Assembly: GCA_964563155.1 (NCBI GenBank)
Contig: CAZLVL010000005.1
Location: 7,367 to 71,366, forward strand
DNA from: an uncultured Clostridiaceae bacterium
GTDB lineage: Bacteria > Bacillota > Clostridia > DUPQ01
Length of the DNA stretch: 64,000 bases
Direction of reading: 5' to 3'
In this document: piece by piece, positions 47,041 to 57,177 of the stretch
How the letters are laid out: every line of letters begins with the position of its first letter
Position numbering within the stretch: position 1 is the stretch's first letter
Program-made: the position numbers and the translations under genes
The notes under the pieces: model-generated
The model's input: the letters and a program-made list of their open reading frames with translations, nothing else
Told to the model about the DNA's origin: nothing
The model's database searches: none

Positions 47041-47064
47041 AAAAACTCCCCTAAAGGAGTTTTG
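47041..47064 (-). terminator. Rho-independent terminator after rplL
   Basis: Minus strand reads actcctttaggggagt followed by ttttt. Confidence 0.6.
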
Positions 47065-47118
47065 TTATTAACTATTAAGTTACGAACTAATTAGTTATAA
47101 GTAAAATGAATAATCAGC

Positions 47119-47505
47119 TTACTTAATTTCCATTGTAGCTCCAACTTCTTTAAACTTAGCTGCAATATCTTCAGCTTCTTGTTTAGAGATTCCTTCTTTA
47201 ACTGTGGAAGGAGCGGTATCAACCAATTCTTTAGCTTCTTTAAGTCCAAGACCTGTAACTTCTCTACAAACCTTGATAACCTTAATTTTTTCAGCTCCAA
47301 CTTCTTTAAGAACTAAGTCAAATTCTGTTTGCTCTTCAGCTTCATCAGCTGCTGCTGCTCCGCCTGCTGCGGCTGCGCCACCTGCTGCTACTGGAGCTGC
47401 TGCTACTACGCCAAATTCTTCTTCTAGAGCGCTAACCATTTCAGATAGTTCTAGTACTGTTAATGTTTTGATTTCTTCTATTAATTTTGCAATTTTTTCA
47501 CTCAT
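47119..47505 (-). CDS. rplL: 50S ribosomal protein L7/L12
   Basis: Ala-rich hinge and a conserved C-terminal domain. Confidence 0.95.
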   Translation of the reverse strand: MSEKIAKLIEEIKTLTVLELSEMVSALEEEFGVVAAAPVAAGGAAAAGGAAAADEAEEQTEFDLVLKEVGAEKIKVIKVCREVTGLGLKEAKELVDTAPSTVKEGISKQEAEDIAAKFKEVGATMEIK

Positions 47506-47534
47506 TATATTTTTTCCTCCGATTAAATAATATA

Positions 47535-48044
47535 TTATGCTGCGGGCTCTTCTTTTTGTTCGCCAATAGCTTTAAGCACATATGCTAATTTTGTAATAGG
47601 GGCTTTCATTCCACCCATCATCATAGCAATTAGTTCGTTCTTTGAAGGGATCTTTGCATATCTTTCCACTTCGCTTGCATCTACCAATTCACCACCGATT
47701 ACGCCTACTTTAATTTCAAGTTTTCCATATTCTCTCATGGATGCGAACTTGTATAACACTTTCGCTGCTGAAATTTCGTCGCTACTCATAGCAACAGCAG
47801 TAGGGCCTACAAGGTGAGGTATAAGTGATTCATATCTTGTACCTTCAACAGCCTTTTTGATAAGTCTGTTTTTAATAACCTTGTACTCGATATCGGACTT
47901 TCTCATTTCTGCACGCATGGTTGTAACTTGAGCAACTGTTAAGCCTCTGTAGTCTGCTAGAATAACAGATTCCATGGACAAAAGTTTTTCTCTTAAATCA
48001 GCCATTTGTTGTTTTTTGACTTCCAATATCTTTTCACTTGCCAT
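47535..48044 (-). CDS. rplJ: 50S ribosomal protein L10
   Basis: L10 family; sits between rplA and rplL. Confidence 0.95.
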   Translation of the reverse strand: MASEKILEVKKQQMADLREKLLSMESVILADYRGLTVAQVTTMRAEMRKSDIEYKVIKNRLIKKAVEGTRYESLIPHLVGPTAVAMSSDEISAAKVLYKFASMREYGKLEIKVGVIGGELVDASEVERYAKIPSKNELIAMMMGGMKAPITKLAYVLKAIGEQKEEPAA

Positions 48045-48214
48045 TTAACTTGTTTCCTCCTTATATAAAAATCCTCGTTTGCTGCACACAATACGAGGAT
48101 TTGATAAATTATCATTTCAAAGTATCTTCCTCGGCAGGATTTATGCTTACGCACCTGCTGTCTGTGGCAGATATAACTATATTAAATTCCTGATAGATAA
48201 TACTCTATAAGTAA
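48045..48214 (-). promoter_or_regulatory. rplJ 5' leader (ribosomal protein L10 leader, autoregulatory structure)
   Basis: 170-nt untranslated gap with hairpins (aaatcctcgt...acgaggattt) in the position where Firmicutes carry the L10 leader. Confidence 0.45.
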
Positions 48215-48916
48215 TTATCTGTCAACATTAAACTGGTTAACCAACTTAATTCCAGGTCCCATGGTGGATGCCATGGTCACAGATCTTAAATATTGGCCTT
48301 TTGCAGCTGCAGGTTTTGCTCTAACAATAGCGGTCATTAAGGTATTGTAGTTGTCTAAAAGTTTATCATCGTCAAAGGATGCTTTTCCTATAGGACAGTG
48401 AATAATGTTACTTTTATCCAATCTATACTCAATTTTACCTGCTTTAGCTTCTGTAACAGCTCTTGCTACATCAGGTGTAACTGTTCCAGCTTTTGGGTTA
48501 GGCATTAGGCCTTTAGGTCCTAATATTCTACCAATCTTACCTACAACTCCCATCATATCAGGGCTTGCAATGGCAACATCAAATTCAAACCAGTTTTCGT
48601 TTTTGATTTTGTCTGCCAGTTCTTCTCCACCAACATAGTCTGCACCAGCTTTTTCAGCCGCTGCTACATTATCTCCCTTAGCAAAAACTAAAACTCTCAT
48701 GTCTCTACCAGTTCCGTGGGGCAGTACAACCGCTCCTCTAACCTGTTGGTCAGCGTGTTTGGAGTCAACACCAAGTTTTACGTGCAATTCGATGGTTTCA
48801 TCAAACTTAGCACTTGCTGTGGCTTTTGCCAATCTAATTGCGTTAGCAGGGTCATAATGTGTGGCTTTTTCGAATAAACCTAAACTCTCATTATATCTTT
48901 TGCCTCTTTTTTTCAT
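48215..48916 (-). CDS. rplA: 50S ribosomal protein L1
   Basis: L1 family, 233 aa. Confidence 0.95.
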   Translation of the reverse strand: MKKRGKRYNESLGLFEKATHYDPANAIRLAKATASAKFDETIELHVKLGVDSKHADQQVRGAVVLPHGTGRDMRVLVFAKGDNVAAAEKAGADYVGGEELADKIKNENWFEFDVAIASPDMMGVVGKIGRILGPKGLMPNPKAGTVTPDVARAVTEAKAGKIEYRLDKSNIIHCPIGKASFDDDKLLDNYNTLMTAIVRAKPAAAKGQYLRSVTMASTMGPGIKLVNQFNVDR

Positions 48917-48930
48917 TATTACACCCTCCC

Positions 48931-49353
48931 CTATTCAACCTTGATTCCCATGCTGCGGGCTGTTCCTGCAATCATGCTCATAGCAGCTTCTACAGATGCT
49001 GCATTAAGGTCTTGCATCTTTTGTTCAGCTATCTTTTGTAAGTCAGCCTTTGATACAGTTACTACCTTGCTTTTGTTTGGTTCTGCTGAACCACTTTCTA
49101 AGTTGCATGCCTTTTTCAACAGTACTGCCGCCGGGGGTGTCTTAGTGATAAATGAAAATGACCTGTCTGCATAAACTGTTAATACGATTGGTATTATTAG
49201 TCCTATGTCGTTTCTGGTTCTTTCATTAAACTCTTTAACAAAACCCATAATATTTACACCATGTTGTCCTAGTGCTGGTCCGACCGGCGGTGCTGGCGTT
49301 GCTTTTGCTGCTGGCAATTGCAATTTTACTAATCCTATAATCTTTTTCGCCAT
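48931..49353 (-). CDS. rplK: 50S ribosomal protein L11
   Basis: [36 protein letters not shown]. Confidence 0.95.
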   Translation of the reverse strand: MAKKIIGLVKLQLPAAKATPAPPVGPALGQHGVNIMGFVKEFNERTRNDIGLIIPIVLTVYADRSFSFITKTPPAAVLLKKACNLESGSAEPNKSKVVTVSKADLQKIAEQKMQDLNAASVEAAMSMIAGTARSMGIKVE

Positions 49354-49383
49354 TTATTCCACCTCCCAATGTTTTTGTTTAGC

Positions 49384-49947
49384 TTAAAGTATTATTTGTA
49401 TTTGTTCGTAATCCAATTCAACGGGAGTTTCTCTTCCGAAAATTGAAATATGAACCTTAACTTTCTTCTTATCTTTGTCAACTTCCTTAATAATTCCCAC
49501 AAAGTTCTCAAAGGGACCTTCAATAACTCTAATGTTATCGCCAACAGAGAAATCTATAATAGTTTCCATGCCTTCTAGTCTCATTTGAATTACTTCTTCT
49601 TCGGTTAAGGGTACAGGTCTGGCACTTGGGCCAACAAAGCCTGTGATACCTCTGGTATTTCTAACTACATACCAGGTCTTATCATTCATAATCATTTTAA
49701 TAATTACATAACCGGGAAATATCTTTTTGAAAGTGATTTTTCTTTTGCCGTTTTTTTCTTCAATAACTTCTTCCAAGGGAACAACGATCTCCTGGATGAA
49801 GTCACCCAGTTCTCTATTTTCGACTATTTTTTCCAAGTCAGCTTTAACCTTATTCTCATAACCAGAATAGGTATGAACTACATACCATCTTGCAGGGTTC
49901 TTTTCTTCAACTGTTTCGGTTAACTCAGTGTCCAGTCTTTCGTCCAT
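49384..49947 (-). CDS. nusG: Transcription termination/antitermination factor NusG
   Basis: NGN domain WYVVHTYSGYENKV and a C-terminal KOW domain. Confidence 0.95.
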   Translation of the reverse strand: MDERLDTELTETVEEKNPARWYVVHTYSGYENKVKADLEKIVENRELGDFIQEIVVPLEEVIEEKNGKRKITFKKIFPGYVIIKMIMNDKTWYVVRNTRGITGFVGPSARPVPLTEEEVIQMRLEGMETIIDFSVGDNIRVIEGPFENFVGIIKEVDKDKKKVKVHISIFGRETPVELDYEQIQIIL

Positions 49948-49962
49948 TGAAATTTCTCCAAT

Positions 49963-50175
49963 CTATCTCAATACCAGTACCTTAATGAGTGAGGAAATTC
50001 CCCAGTCAAAGAGGCTTACTATTATGGCGATTATTGCACAAACCACCAACACAGTAACGGTATTCTTAAAAAGCTGTTTCCTTGAAGGCCAGGATACCTT
50101 TTTAAGTTCGTTTATTATCCCTTTAAAGAATCCTATAAATTTTGATTTTTTAGCCTTTTGTTCTTTTTTTGCCAT
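49963..50175 (-). CDS. secE: Preprotein translocase subunit SecE
   Basis: 70 aa, single TM helix. Sits between rpmG and nusG. Confidence 0.85.
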   Translation of the reverse strand: MAKKEQKAKKSKFIGFFKGIINELKKVSWPSRKQLFKNTVTVLVVCAIIAIIVSLFDWGISSLIKVLVLR

Positions 50176-50188
50176 ATCATATCACCAA

Positions 50189-50338
50189 TTATTTTGTTTC
50201 TCTGTGAGGAGTATGCTTTTTACAGAACTTACAATATTTACTTAGTTCCAGCCTATCGGGAGTATTCTTTTTATTCTTCTTTGTTGAATAATTTCTTTGT
50301 TTACACTCTGTACATGCTAGTATTATTTTGTCTCTCAT
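50189..50338 (-). CDS. rpmG: 50S ribosomal protein L33 (alternative GTG start at 50377 would add 13 aa)
   Basis: [17 protein letters not shown]...[10 protein letters not shown] zinc ribbon. A strong AGGAGG sits 11 nt upstream of the upstream in-frame GTG. Confidence 0.8.
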   Translation of the reverse strand: MRDKIILACTECKQRNYSTKKNKKNTPDRLELSKYCKFCKKHTPHRETK

Positions 50339-50470
50339 TTCACATTCCTGCCTTTTTAATTTTGAGGACTTTTTCACAAAAAAAAAGAGCCTCCTAATAG
50401 CAACTGCTATAGTAACATAAACTATTTATAGGTGTCAATATATTTAACATATATTTTCACCTATTTTCAC

Positions 50471-51292
50471 CTAATCTTTGTAGTCTGCAAAAAAAGCATC
50501 TATAGCCTTTTTAATGTTTTCAAACTCATCTCGTCTATTAAATACACACATGATCATAGGTCTTTCATGGTTTAAATAAAGATGATCTGCTAGGACATCA
50601 ATTTCTTTTATATTCACAGCAAAAAAGTACTTATCTCCTGAGTGGGGGTCTATGCCATAGATTTTATCTTTTTCCTTAATCTCAATTCCTAATTCATCAA
50701 AAATTGGATCCAACTCTAAAAGATAGTTGTAGGTCTGTATAAACCTATATACCACATCATCACAGATAATAATCTCTAAATCCCCTGCTACCAGTAGAAG
50801 GCTTAGCCTTTCTAGGCCACTTCCACTTAAGCTTTCTTCTTTAAAGCCCATATCATTTTCATCAGCATCTATGTATATCTCTTCTAGAAGAATGTTTTTA
50901 ATGTCTGGATAGTGGGTTTGTACATAGTCTTGGACATCCTTGTTGTTCTTAGGATAATACTTACCTATGTAAGAAATGGTTAAATCAGGGTTCTTTTTTA
51001 CAATAGAAGGAAGAAAAATCATTAAAAGGGTTGCAATGATTATAATTGCTATGCTTATAGCCCCAACATATTTGGCCCATAAACGTCTAACCTTTTTTCT
51101 TTCTTCGCTTCCTTCTTCTTCAATATTTAGGGCAAGTAAGTTTTCATATGCCAAGGTAGCTTCATCTATATCTATACTCTTGTCATCTTTTGCTCTTTTA
51201 CATAGCAATGCATACCTGTTATTTATTTCAGTTTCATTGCTATTAGGTTCTAAACCCAAAATATCTAAATATTTTTTTCTTTGGTCACTCAT
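50471..51292 (-). CDS. Hypothetical membrane protein with J-domain-like N-terminus lacking HPD
   Basis: YLDILGLEPNSNETEINNRYALLCKRAK resembles a J-domain helix II without the HPD tripeptide. One TM helix. Confidence 0.45.
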   Translation of the reverse strand: MSDQRKKYLDILGLEPNSNETEINNRYALLCKRAKDDKSIDIDEATLAYENLLALNIEEEGSEERKKVRRLWAKYVGAISIAIIIIATLLMIFLPSIVKKNPDLTISYIGKYYPKNNKDVQDYVQTHYPDIKNILLEEIYIDADENDMGFKEESLSGSGLERLSLLLVAGDLEIIICDDVVYRFIQTYNYLLELDPIFDELGIEIKEKDKIYGIDPHSGDKYFFAVNIKEIDVLADHLYLNHERPMIMCVFNRRDEFENIKKAIDAFFADYKD

Positions 51293-51296
51293 TTTT

Positions 51297-52784
51297 TTAA
51301 TTTTCTGGTTTCATTGTTGGGAAGAATATTACATCTCTAATTGATGCAGAGTTGGTAAAGAGCATAATCATTCTTTCTAAACCTATACCCATTCCTCCAG
51401 TAGGAGGCATTCCTATTTCTAAAGCATTTATGAAGTCCTCATCTATGGAAAATTCAAACTCCCCAAACTTACTCTTAGCTTGAGCTATGAGTCTTTCTTT
51501 TTGGTCTATGGGGTCATTTAACTCAGAAAAGGCATTTCCTAACTCGCTGGCAAAAACATACAATTCAAAACGCTCTGTTAAGTGAGGCTTTTCTTTGTTT
51601 CTTTTTGCTAAAGGAGAGTTCTCTATGGGAAATTGATATATAAAGGTGGGCTGAATTAGGTTTTCTTCTACATGCTCTTCAAAAAAGGCATTTAAAATCA
51701 TTCCCCAGTTCCAGTGTTTTTCAATTTTAACATTCTTTTCTTTTGCAATGCTTCTAGCTTGTTCATCATCTAAAGTAAAGGAATCAAAATCAACCCCAGT
51801 ATATTCTTTTACAGCTTCTACCATGGTCATTCTCTTCCAAGGTCCATCAAGATCAATAATTTGACCTTGGTAGTCTAATTGTCTACTTCCAACAACCTTA
51901 TCAGCTACATACTGAAATATCTCTTCTGCTCTTTGCATCATGGTATACATATCTGCATAAGCTTCATAAAACTCCATTAGAGAAAACTCAGGATTGTGTC
52001 TAGTGCTCATTCCCTCATTTCTAAAAACCTTTCCTATTTCAAAAATCCTATCTAGACCTCCAACAATAAGTCTTTTTAAGTGAAGCTCCAACTCAATACG
52101 TAAAAACATATCTAAGTTCAAGGTGTTGTGATGGGTCACAAAGGGCCTAGCATTGGCGTTTGTAGCTTCATTATGTAAAACTGGAGTCTCAACCTCTAAG
52201 TAGCCTTGAGAGTGCATATATTCCCTTATAGCCCTCATTATATTGGCTCTGGCAACAAAGACTGACTTAACATCAGAATTAACTATTAAATCCACATATC
52301 TTTGTCTGTAACGAATATCAGTATCCTTTAGACCATGAAATTTCTCAGGTAGAGGCTGTAGTGACTTGGTCAAAAGAGTTATATTATCTACCTTTAGGGA
52401 TTTTTCTCCCTTTTGGGTTACAAAGGTAGTTCCACCAACCCCAACAATGTCTCCAATGTCCATCTTTTTAAAGGCATCATATTGGTCTTCTCCCAATTGA
52501 TCTACCCTTACATAAAGTTGCATTTTTTCTAGACCATCTTGAATATGACAAAAGCTAACCTTACCCATGACTCTTTTGGCCATAATTCTGCCAGCTGTGC
52601 TTAAGATTTGGTCTTCTTTAAAACTATCAAATTTTTCTAAAATTTCTTCTAAAGAATACTCTTTATTATACTTTGTTATATCAAAAGGATTCTTACCCTC
52701 TTTTTTAAGGGCTTCTAATTTATCTCTTCTAACCTGTAAAATTTCATTTAATTCTTTGCTATTGTCTTCTTGATGGTTTTTCAT
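51297..52784 (-). CDS. lysS: Lysyl-tRNA synthetase (class II)
   Basis: N-terminal OB anticodon-binding domain, class II motifs, 495 aa. Confidence 0.95.
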   Translation of the reverse strand: MKNHQEDNSKELNEILQVRRDKLEALKKEGKNPFDITKYNKEYSLEEILEKFDSFKEDQILSTAGRIMAKRVMGKVSFCHIQDGLEKMQLYVRVDQLGEDQYDAFKKMDIGDIVGVGGTTFVTQKGEKSLKVDNITLLTKSLQPLPEKFHGLKDTDIRYRQRYVDLIVNSDVKSVFVARANIMRAIREYMHSQGYLEVETPVLHNEATNANARPFVTHHNTLNLDMFLRIELELHLKRLIVGGLDRIFEIGKVFRNEGMSTRHNPEFSLMEFYEAYADMYTMMQRAEEIFQYVADKVVGSRQLDYQGQIIDLDGPWKRMTMVEAVKEYTGVDFDSFTLDDEQARSIAKEKNVKIEKHWNWGMILNAFFEEHVEENLIQPTFIYQFPIENSPLAKRNKEKPHLTERFELYVFASELGNAFSELNDPIDQKERLIAQAKSKFGEFEFSIDEDFINALEIGMPPTGGMGIGLERMIMLFTNSASIRDVIFFPTMKPEN

Positions 52785-52803
52785 TCTTTTCTCCTTTAAT
52801 AAA

Positions 52804-52828
52804 CGGCAGTTCTTAAAAAAGAACTGCC
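52804..52828 (-). promoter_or_regulatory. Perfect 10-bp hairpin between greA and lysS (terminator or attenuator-like), immediately before the lysS RBS
   Basis: ggcagttctt-aaaa-aagaactgcc. Confidence 0.4.
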
Positions 52829-52883
52829 AATAATTATAACTGATTTAATTTTTCAAGACAACTTTTAAATAATTTATGTGGAT

Positions 52884-53360
52884 TTATTCTAGTATTTCTA
52901 GAACTTTGACCTTAATCTTACCTCCAGGGCTCTCATATTCCACTTCATCTCCAGCTTCCTTACCTAAAATTGCCTTTCCTAAAGGGGATTCATAGGAGAT
53001 TCTTTGATTAAAGGGATTAGCTTCTGTGGGCCCTACAATGTGATAAGTTTCTTCTTCATTGTACTCAATATCTAATATTTTAACTTTAAGGCCTATGGAA
53101 ACTTTAGAAGTATCTAGATCATCACTGTCTATGACCTCTGTTTTTAATAGGAGATTTTCGATATATGCAATCCTAGCCTCCACTTGAGCCTGTTCATTTT
53201 TTGCTTCATCATACTCATTGTTTTCGGAAATATCACCAAAAGAGATGGCACTTTTTAAACGGGCAGAAACTTCCATTCTTGTTTTACTCTTTAAAATGGA
53301 AAGCTCCTCTTCTAATTCTTTGACACCCTCATATGTCATAAGTATCTTTTTTTCAACCAT
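52884..53360 (-). CDS. greA: Transcription elongation factor GreA
   Basis: Coiled-coil N-terminal domain with acidic tip and a C-terminal FKBP-like domain. 158 aa. Confidence 0.9.
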   Translation of the reverse strand: MVEKKILMTYEGVKELEEELSILKSKTRMEVSARLKSAISFGDISENNEYDEAKNEQAQVEARIAYIENLLLKTEVIDSDDLDTSKVSIGLKVKILDIEYNEEETYHIVGPTEANPFNQRISYESPLGKAILGKEAGDEVEYESPGGKIKVKVLEILE

Positions 53361-53392
53361 ACGACGGTCTCCTTTCTAATTTGGATTTTGAA

Positions 53393-53421
53393 ATTATATG
53401 GTCAAAGTTAGTTTTTGTCAA
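53393..53421 (-). promoter_or_regulatory. Consensus sigma-A promoter for greA
   Basis: Minus strand reads TTGACA, 17-nt spacer, TATAAT, then GGAGA RBS. Confidence 0.55.
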
Positions 53422-53486
53422 GCCAAGGAATTTTATGCTAAATTTCCACCTGAAAATCATACTACAATTTGTCTAAAAAAGGGCAT

Positions 53487-53506
53487 AAAAAAACTCCCTA
53501 AGGGAG
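53487..53506 (-). terminator. Terminator after the tRNA operon
   Basis: Minus strand reads ctcccttagggag followed by ttttttt. Confidence 0.6.
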
Positions 53507-53511
53507 AATTT

Positions 53512-53587
53512 TGGTGAGACATCGGAGATTCGAACTCCGGACTCCTTGATTAAAAGTCAAGTGCTCTACCGACTGAGCTAATGTCTC
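53512..53587 (-). tRNA. tRNA-Lys (anticodon UUU)
   Basis: Hand-folded: GAGACAT acceptor, anticodon loop CTTTTAA, CCA-encoded, 76 nt. Confidence 0.85.
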
Positions 53588-53593
53588 AAGTCT

Positions 53594-53668
53594 TGGCTGG
53601 GATGGCAGGATTTGAACCTACGGATGACGGAGTCAAAGTCCGTTGCCTTACCACTTGGCGACATCCCA
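53594..53668 (-). tRNA. tRNA-Gln (anticodon UUG)
   Basis: Hand-folded: U1-A72 acceptor typical of Gln, anticodon loop CTTTGAC, 75 nt. Confidence 0.8.
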
Positions 53669-53676
53669 TTAAAAAC

Positions 53677-53754
53677 TGGGGTGAATAATGGGATTCGAAC
53701 CCATGACCTCTAGGGCCACAACCTAGCGCTCTAACCAACTGAGCTATACCCACC
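53677..53754 (-). tRNA. tRNA-His (anticodon GUG) with genome-encoded G-1
   Basis: Hand-folded: extra 5' G, discriminator C73, anticodon loop TTGTGGC. Confidence 0.8.
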
Positions 53755-53778
53755 ACGGGCCAGTTCAAGTCTTTTTAT

Positions 53779-53807
53779 ATTCTAATGGCTCAATATATCT
53801 TTGTCAA
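53779..53807 (-). promoter_or_regulatory. Promoter of the tRNA His-Gln-Lys operon
   Basis: Minus strand reads TTGACA, 17-nt spacer, TAGAAT. A second TTGACA lies upstream. Confidence 0.5.
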
Positions 53808-53892
53808 CATGTATTTGATAAATATTTGTCAAATTTTTGCCAAGGCCAGACACACTTGAAGCTATTGTAAACTTATTAAAAAGAGAAATTCT

Positions 53893-55356
53893 TTAGGCTT
53901 GCTCCTTCTTCTTCTCTATCTCTACCATTATTCTATCATATTCTTTTTCATCAATCTTGTTCTTTTTCATAACTATGAAATAGGCTAGAGAAATTAGAAT
54001 AATAGGTACTACTACAATAATAATTCTAAAGTTCATTTTCATAGAATCGGTACCCAAGGCCAAGGCATCTTGTATAAGTTGATTCTTTTCTTCTAAACCA
54101 ATTTGTCCCATATCATTTAGTCTTTCAGCCTCAGATATCTTATTAGTAATAGCTGTAATACCAATAGCTAAGTAGGCAATTGCTACAATCCCTTGTTGAA
54201 GGGCTGAGCCCATTTTAGCCATAAAGGGTCTTATGGAAAAGATAATTGCCTCTTCCCTATTACCAGTCTTGTATTCGTTGTATTCTATACAGTTTGTTAA
54301 GTTTATGGTTACTACCATATATATCATGGCTTGACCAAAGGATAAGATTAGACCAGCTACACACAAGAGTAGATAATTCATGGGTATTACTACTCCGACT
54401 AAGAAGAAAAAGCCATAACCTAAAATAACTGCCACTAGACCCCATGAAGCAATTTGCCTTCTGGTCATTACCTTAATTAATTGAGGATAAAAGACATTTA
54501 TTAGAACAGTACCCAGAGCATAGGCTCCTACAAAAAGTGTAATATTAATACCCTCATAGCCAAAATACAGATATACATAAATTATTCCAAAAACATTAAT
54601 CAAAGAAGAGCCTAGATTGTATAAAAGCATTACTAAAGCGGTCCATAAGAGCTGATCATTTTTCAAGGCCACCTTAAACATAGCCTTTAGCCCTAGTTTG
54701 CCATCTTGTCTGTAAGAGACTGGGGCTTCTTTAACAAAAATACCAGTCATAAGCTGACAGCCTACAAACACAAGAGAAATTATGATGGCAACCCACATGT
54801 ATCCAGAAATAGCATTGCCTCCAATAGCACCTGGTCCATTAGTAAATATGGGAATGGCACCAAAAGCAATAATAGCTCCTATAGAGGCAAAGAGATTGGC
54901 CAAAGAAGCTAACTCTGCCCTTTGGGTTTGATCTTTTGCTAAAGAAGGAAGCATGGACCAATAACTTATGTCATTCATAGTAAAGGTTATGGAATAGAGA
55001 AAATATATAACTGCAAAAAAGATGACAAAGGATTGACCTTGTAAAGGGGAAGAAAAACAAGCAATTACCACAAGAGCATTGGTTATTGCCCCTATAATTA
55101 TCCAAGGCTTAAACTTTCCAAATTTCATTCTAGTATTTTCAATAATCCCTCCCATAATTGGGTCATTTAGTGCATCAAATACTCTAGCAAGTATCATTAT
55201 CAAAGAGATTGCAGCAAATTGGGCATCTGTAATTGTTTTGGTAAACATAACATAGGTTAAAAGATAGGCGGAAAAAAGAGTATACATCATATCTCTTCCT
55301 ATTCCTCCTAAAGAGTAAAACCATTTGTTGCGATTAAAGGTTCTATTGTCTTCCAT
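53893..55356 (-). CDS. MFS transporter, glycoside-pentoside-hexuronide (GPH):cation symporter family
   Basis: 12-TM MelB/GPH-like pattern (GIGRDMMYTLFSAYLL...) with a hydrophilic C-terminal tail. Confidence 0.65.
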   Translation of the reverse strand: MEDNRTFNRNKWFYSLGGIGRDMMYTLFSAYLLTYVMFTKTITDAQFAAISLIMILARVFDALNDPIMGGIIENTRMKFGKFKPWIIIGAITNALVVIACFSSPLQGQSFVIFFAVIYFLYSITFTMNDISYWSMLPSLAKDQTQRAELASLANLFASIGAIIAFGAIPIFTNGPGAIGGNAISGYMWVAIIISLVFVGCQLMTGIFVKEAPVSYRQDGKLGLKAMFKVALKNDQLLWTALVMLLYNLGSSLINVFGIIYVYLYFGYEGINITLFVGAYALGTVLINVFYPQLIKVMTRRQIASWGLVAVILGYGFFFLVGVVIPMNYLLLCVAGLILSFGQAMIYMVVTINLTNCIEYNEYKTGNREEAIIFSIRPFMAKMGSALQQGIVAIAYLAIGITAITNKISEAERLNDMGQIGLEEKNQLIQDALALGTDSMKMNFRIIIVVVPIILISLAYFIVMKKNKIDEKEYDRIMVEIEKKKEQA

Positions 55357-55484
55357 GAAGCCGCTCCTTAAATATATAATTGTATGTCTTTAGTCAACCA
55401 TATAATATCATATTTTAGCTATGAATATATGGAATAAGTGCTTTAAAATATATTAATCATTAGAAGTTTCTTTTAAAATTATCC

Positions 55485-56912
55485 CTAATTTTTAACTTTT
55501 TTTCTCTTAAAGATGCTTTCTCTAAACAAAATTAAACTATATGCTCCTAATAGGACAATAAGCACTAAAAGAGTTATCCATATATTAGTAAAACTCTTTG
55601 GAGCAAAGCCTAAAAGAAGTAAAACAGGAAAACCAAACAAAATTGCATAAAGTTGCTGGTATACCAAGTTAGTAGCAGCTGGTGTTTCAAATTGAGGATC
55701 AATCTCTCTTAAAAGAATAATTCCAGTAGAGGCAGTTCCTGTTAACATACCATATAGAACCAAGAAAGATTCATGCTGATAGTCTTTAAAGAGTCTTTTT
55801 GCAATAAAATTACATTGGATATAGGTAAAAACCATTCCTCCTATGGATACGACCACTATAGGGATAATAAAGGACTTTATCTTAAAGGCAGATAACTTTA
55901 TTGCTGCTATGGAAGCTATAACCATAATATCAAAGGCAAAACCTGAAATTCGACTTTGCATGAAGTTGCTAGTATATTCTCTTTTCATAATGCCTTTTTT
56001 CTTAAAGAATCTTAAAATAGCCTTTAAGACAACAGCAGATACTGTGGATATTAAGAAGTTAAAGCCCCAAAGTAGAGGTTGTACTGTATTAAAACCAAAG
56101 TCTCCCATAACTCCAGCTTCAATAACCCCATTTATTAAAGACATAAAGCCATAGGCCCCCATGTAGGCAATCAAAACAAGAGCAATCTGTACTGTTAGCT
56201 TATCTATAGATTCTGATAAGGGAATCTCACCTTTTTGGTGGACCAATTCATGACCATCTACATCCACTATTTCTTGATCTTCATAAGATGTCTTTACTAA
56301 ACCCTTACGTTTTAGTCTTTCTAAATAGAAGATGCCTCCTAGACTGGCAGAAACAAAGCCTGTTGCTGCTATTGTTAAACCAAAGCTGGTACCATGTTCA
56401 AAGCCCCAAAGAACCTCATAGGTATGGCCCCAGTTGTATGCTTGACCAGGTCCTTGTCCATAGCCCATGGGAAGCAAGAGTCCTGCTGCGGGAAAGGTAT
56501 TAGATATGAAAAGACCAATAATTAACAAGGCTCCAATACCCACAATACCTTGAAGGATATATCCAGATACAGTGGTTATTCCATAATTTAAGACATCCTT
56601 TTTATTTCCATTTATGGCTTTTTGCTCTCCAGTTTTTAAGGCAACAGCTGCAAAACCTAAGCCCAAACCATGATAGGTTAAGGCTTCAAGAGTTAAGGAA
56701 TTAAACATGGATGACCCACTTACCTTAGTAACAATATAGTCGATTAATAAAATTAAGAATCCTCCCAAGACAGAAGAGGGTATAAGAGATTTTTTCAAAG
56801 GCTTTATAGTTCTTCTTAAAAGATTTGCTACCATCATACCACCTAGTAAAATGGTTAATGTGATTATAAAGGACCACATGCTCTTATCCCAAAAATTTAT
56901 ATCTGCAGGCAT
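55485..56912 (-). CDS. Sodium/glutamate symporter GltS-family transporter
   Basis: N-terminus LRRTIKPLKKSLIPSSVLGGFLILLI resembles GltS. Polytopic, 475 aa. Confidence 0.5.
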   Translation of the reverse strand: MPADINFWDKSMWSFIITLTILLGGMMVANLLRRTIKPLKKSLIPSSVLGGFLILLIDYIVTKVSGSSMFNSLTLEALTYHGLGLGFAAVALKTGEQKAINGNKKDVLNYGITTVSGYILQGIVGIGALLIIGLFISNTFPAAGLLLPMGYGQGPGQAYNWGHTYEVLWGFEHGTSFGLTIAATGFVSASLGGIFYLERLKRKGLVKTSYEDQEIVDVDGHELVHQKGEIPLSESIDKLTVQIALVLIAYMGAYGFMSLINGVIEAGVMGDFGFNTVQPLLWGFNFLISTVSAVVLKAILRFFKKKGIMKREYTSNFMQSRISGFAFDIMVIASIAAIKLSAFKIKSFIIPIVVVSIGGMVFTYIQCNFIAKRLFKDYQHESFLVLYGMLTGTASTGIILLREIDPQFETPAATNLVYQQLYAILFGFPVLLLLGFAPKSFTNIWITLLVLIVLLGAYSLILFRESIFKRKKVKN

Positions 56913-57177
56913 AAGCTTCTCCTCTCATTATTTATTATCTAGTAATAATTTCTTTTAGTATAACATCTTGACAGCCATTTGCAAGAAAAAAAGAAAAGGA
57001 ATTTATGGTGGGAAAAAGAAAAATAACAGAAAGTCCAATTCATTAATATTTTACTTTTCTCACCAATTGCAAAACACCTATATTCATAGAGTAAGAACCA
57101 ATGTCTTCCAAATGGCGTGGATAAGTCAAATAAATCTAGCTATATTAATAAAAATATCCCTCTAGGGGATATTTTCA

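Noticed and set aside
47091-47530. ORFs 47091-47300 (-) and 47204-47530 (+) overlapping rplL
   Set aside because: Alternative frame or antisense of a ribosomal protein gene. Ala/Ser-rich artefacts of the GCT/GCA repeat region.
53586-53768. 60-aa ORF on the minus strand
   Set aside because: It lies entirely within the tRNA-Gln and tRNA-His genes. It is an artefact of tRNA sequence, not a coding region.
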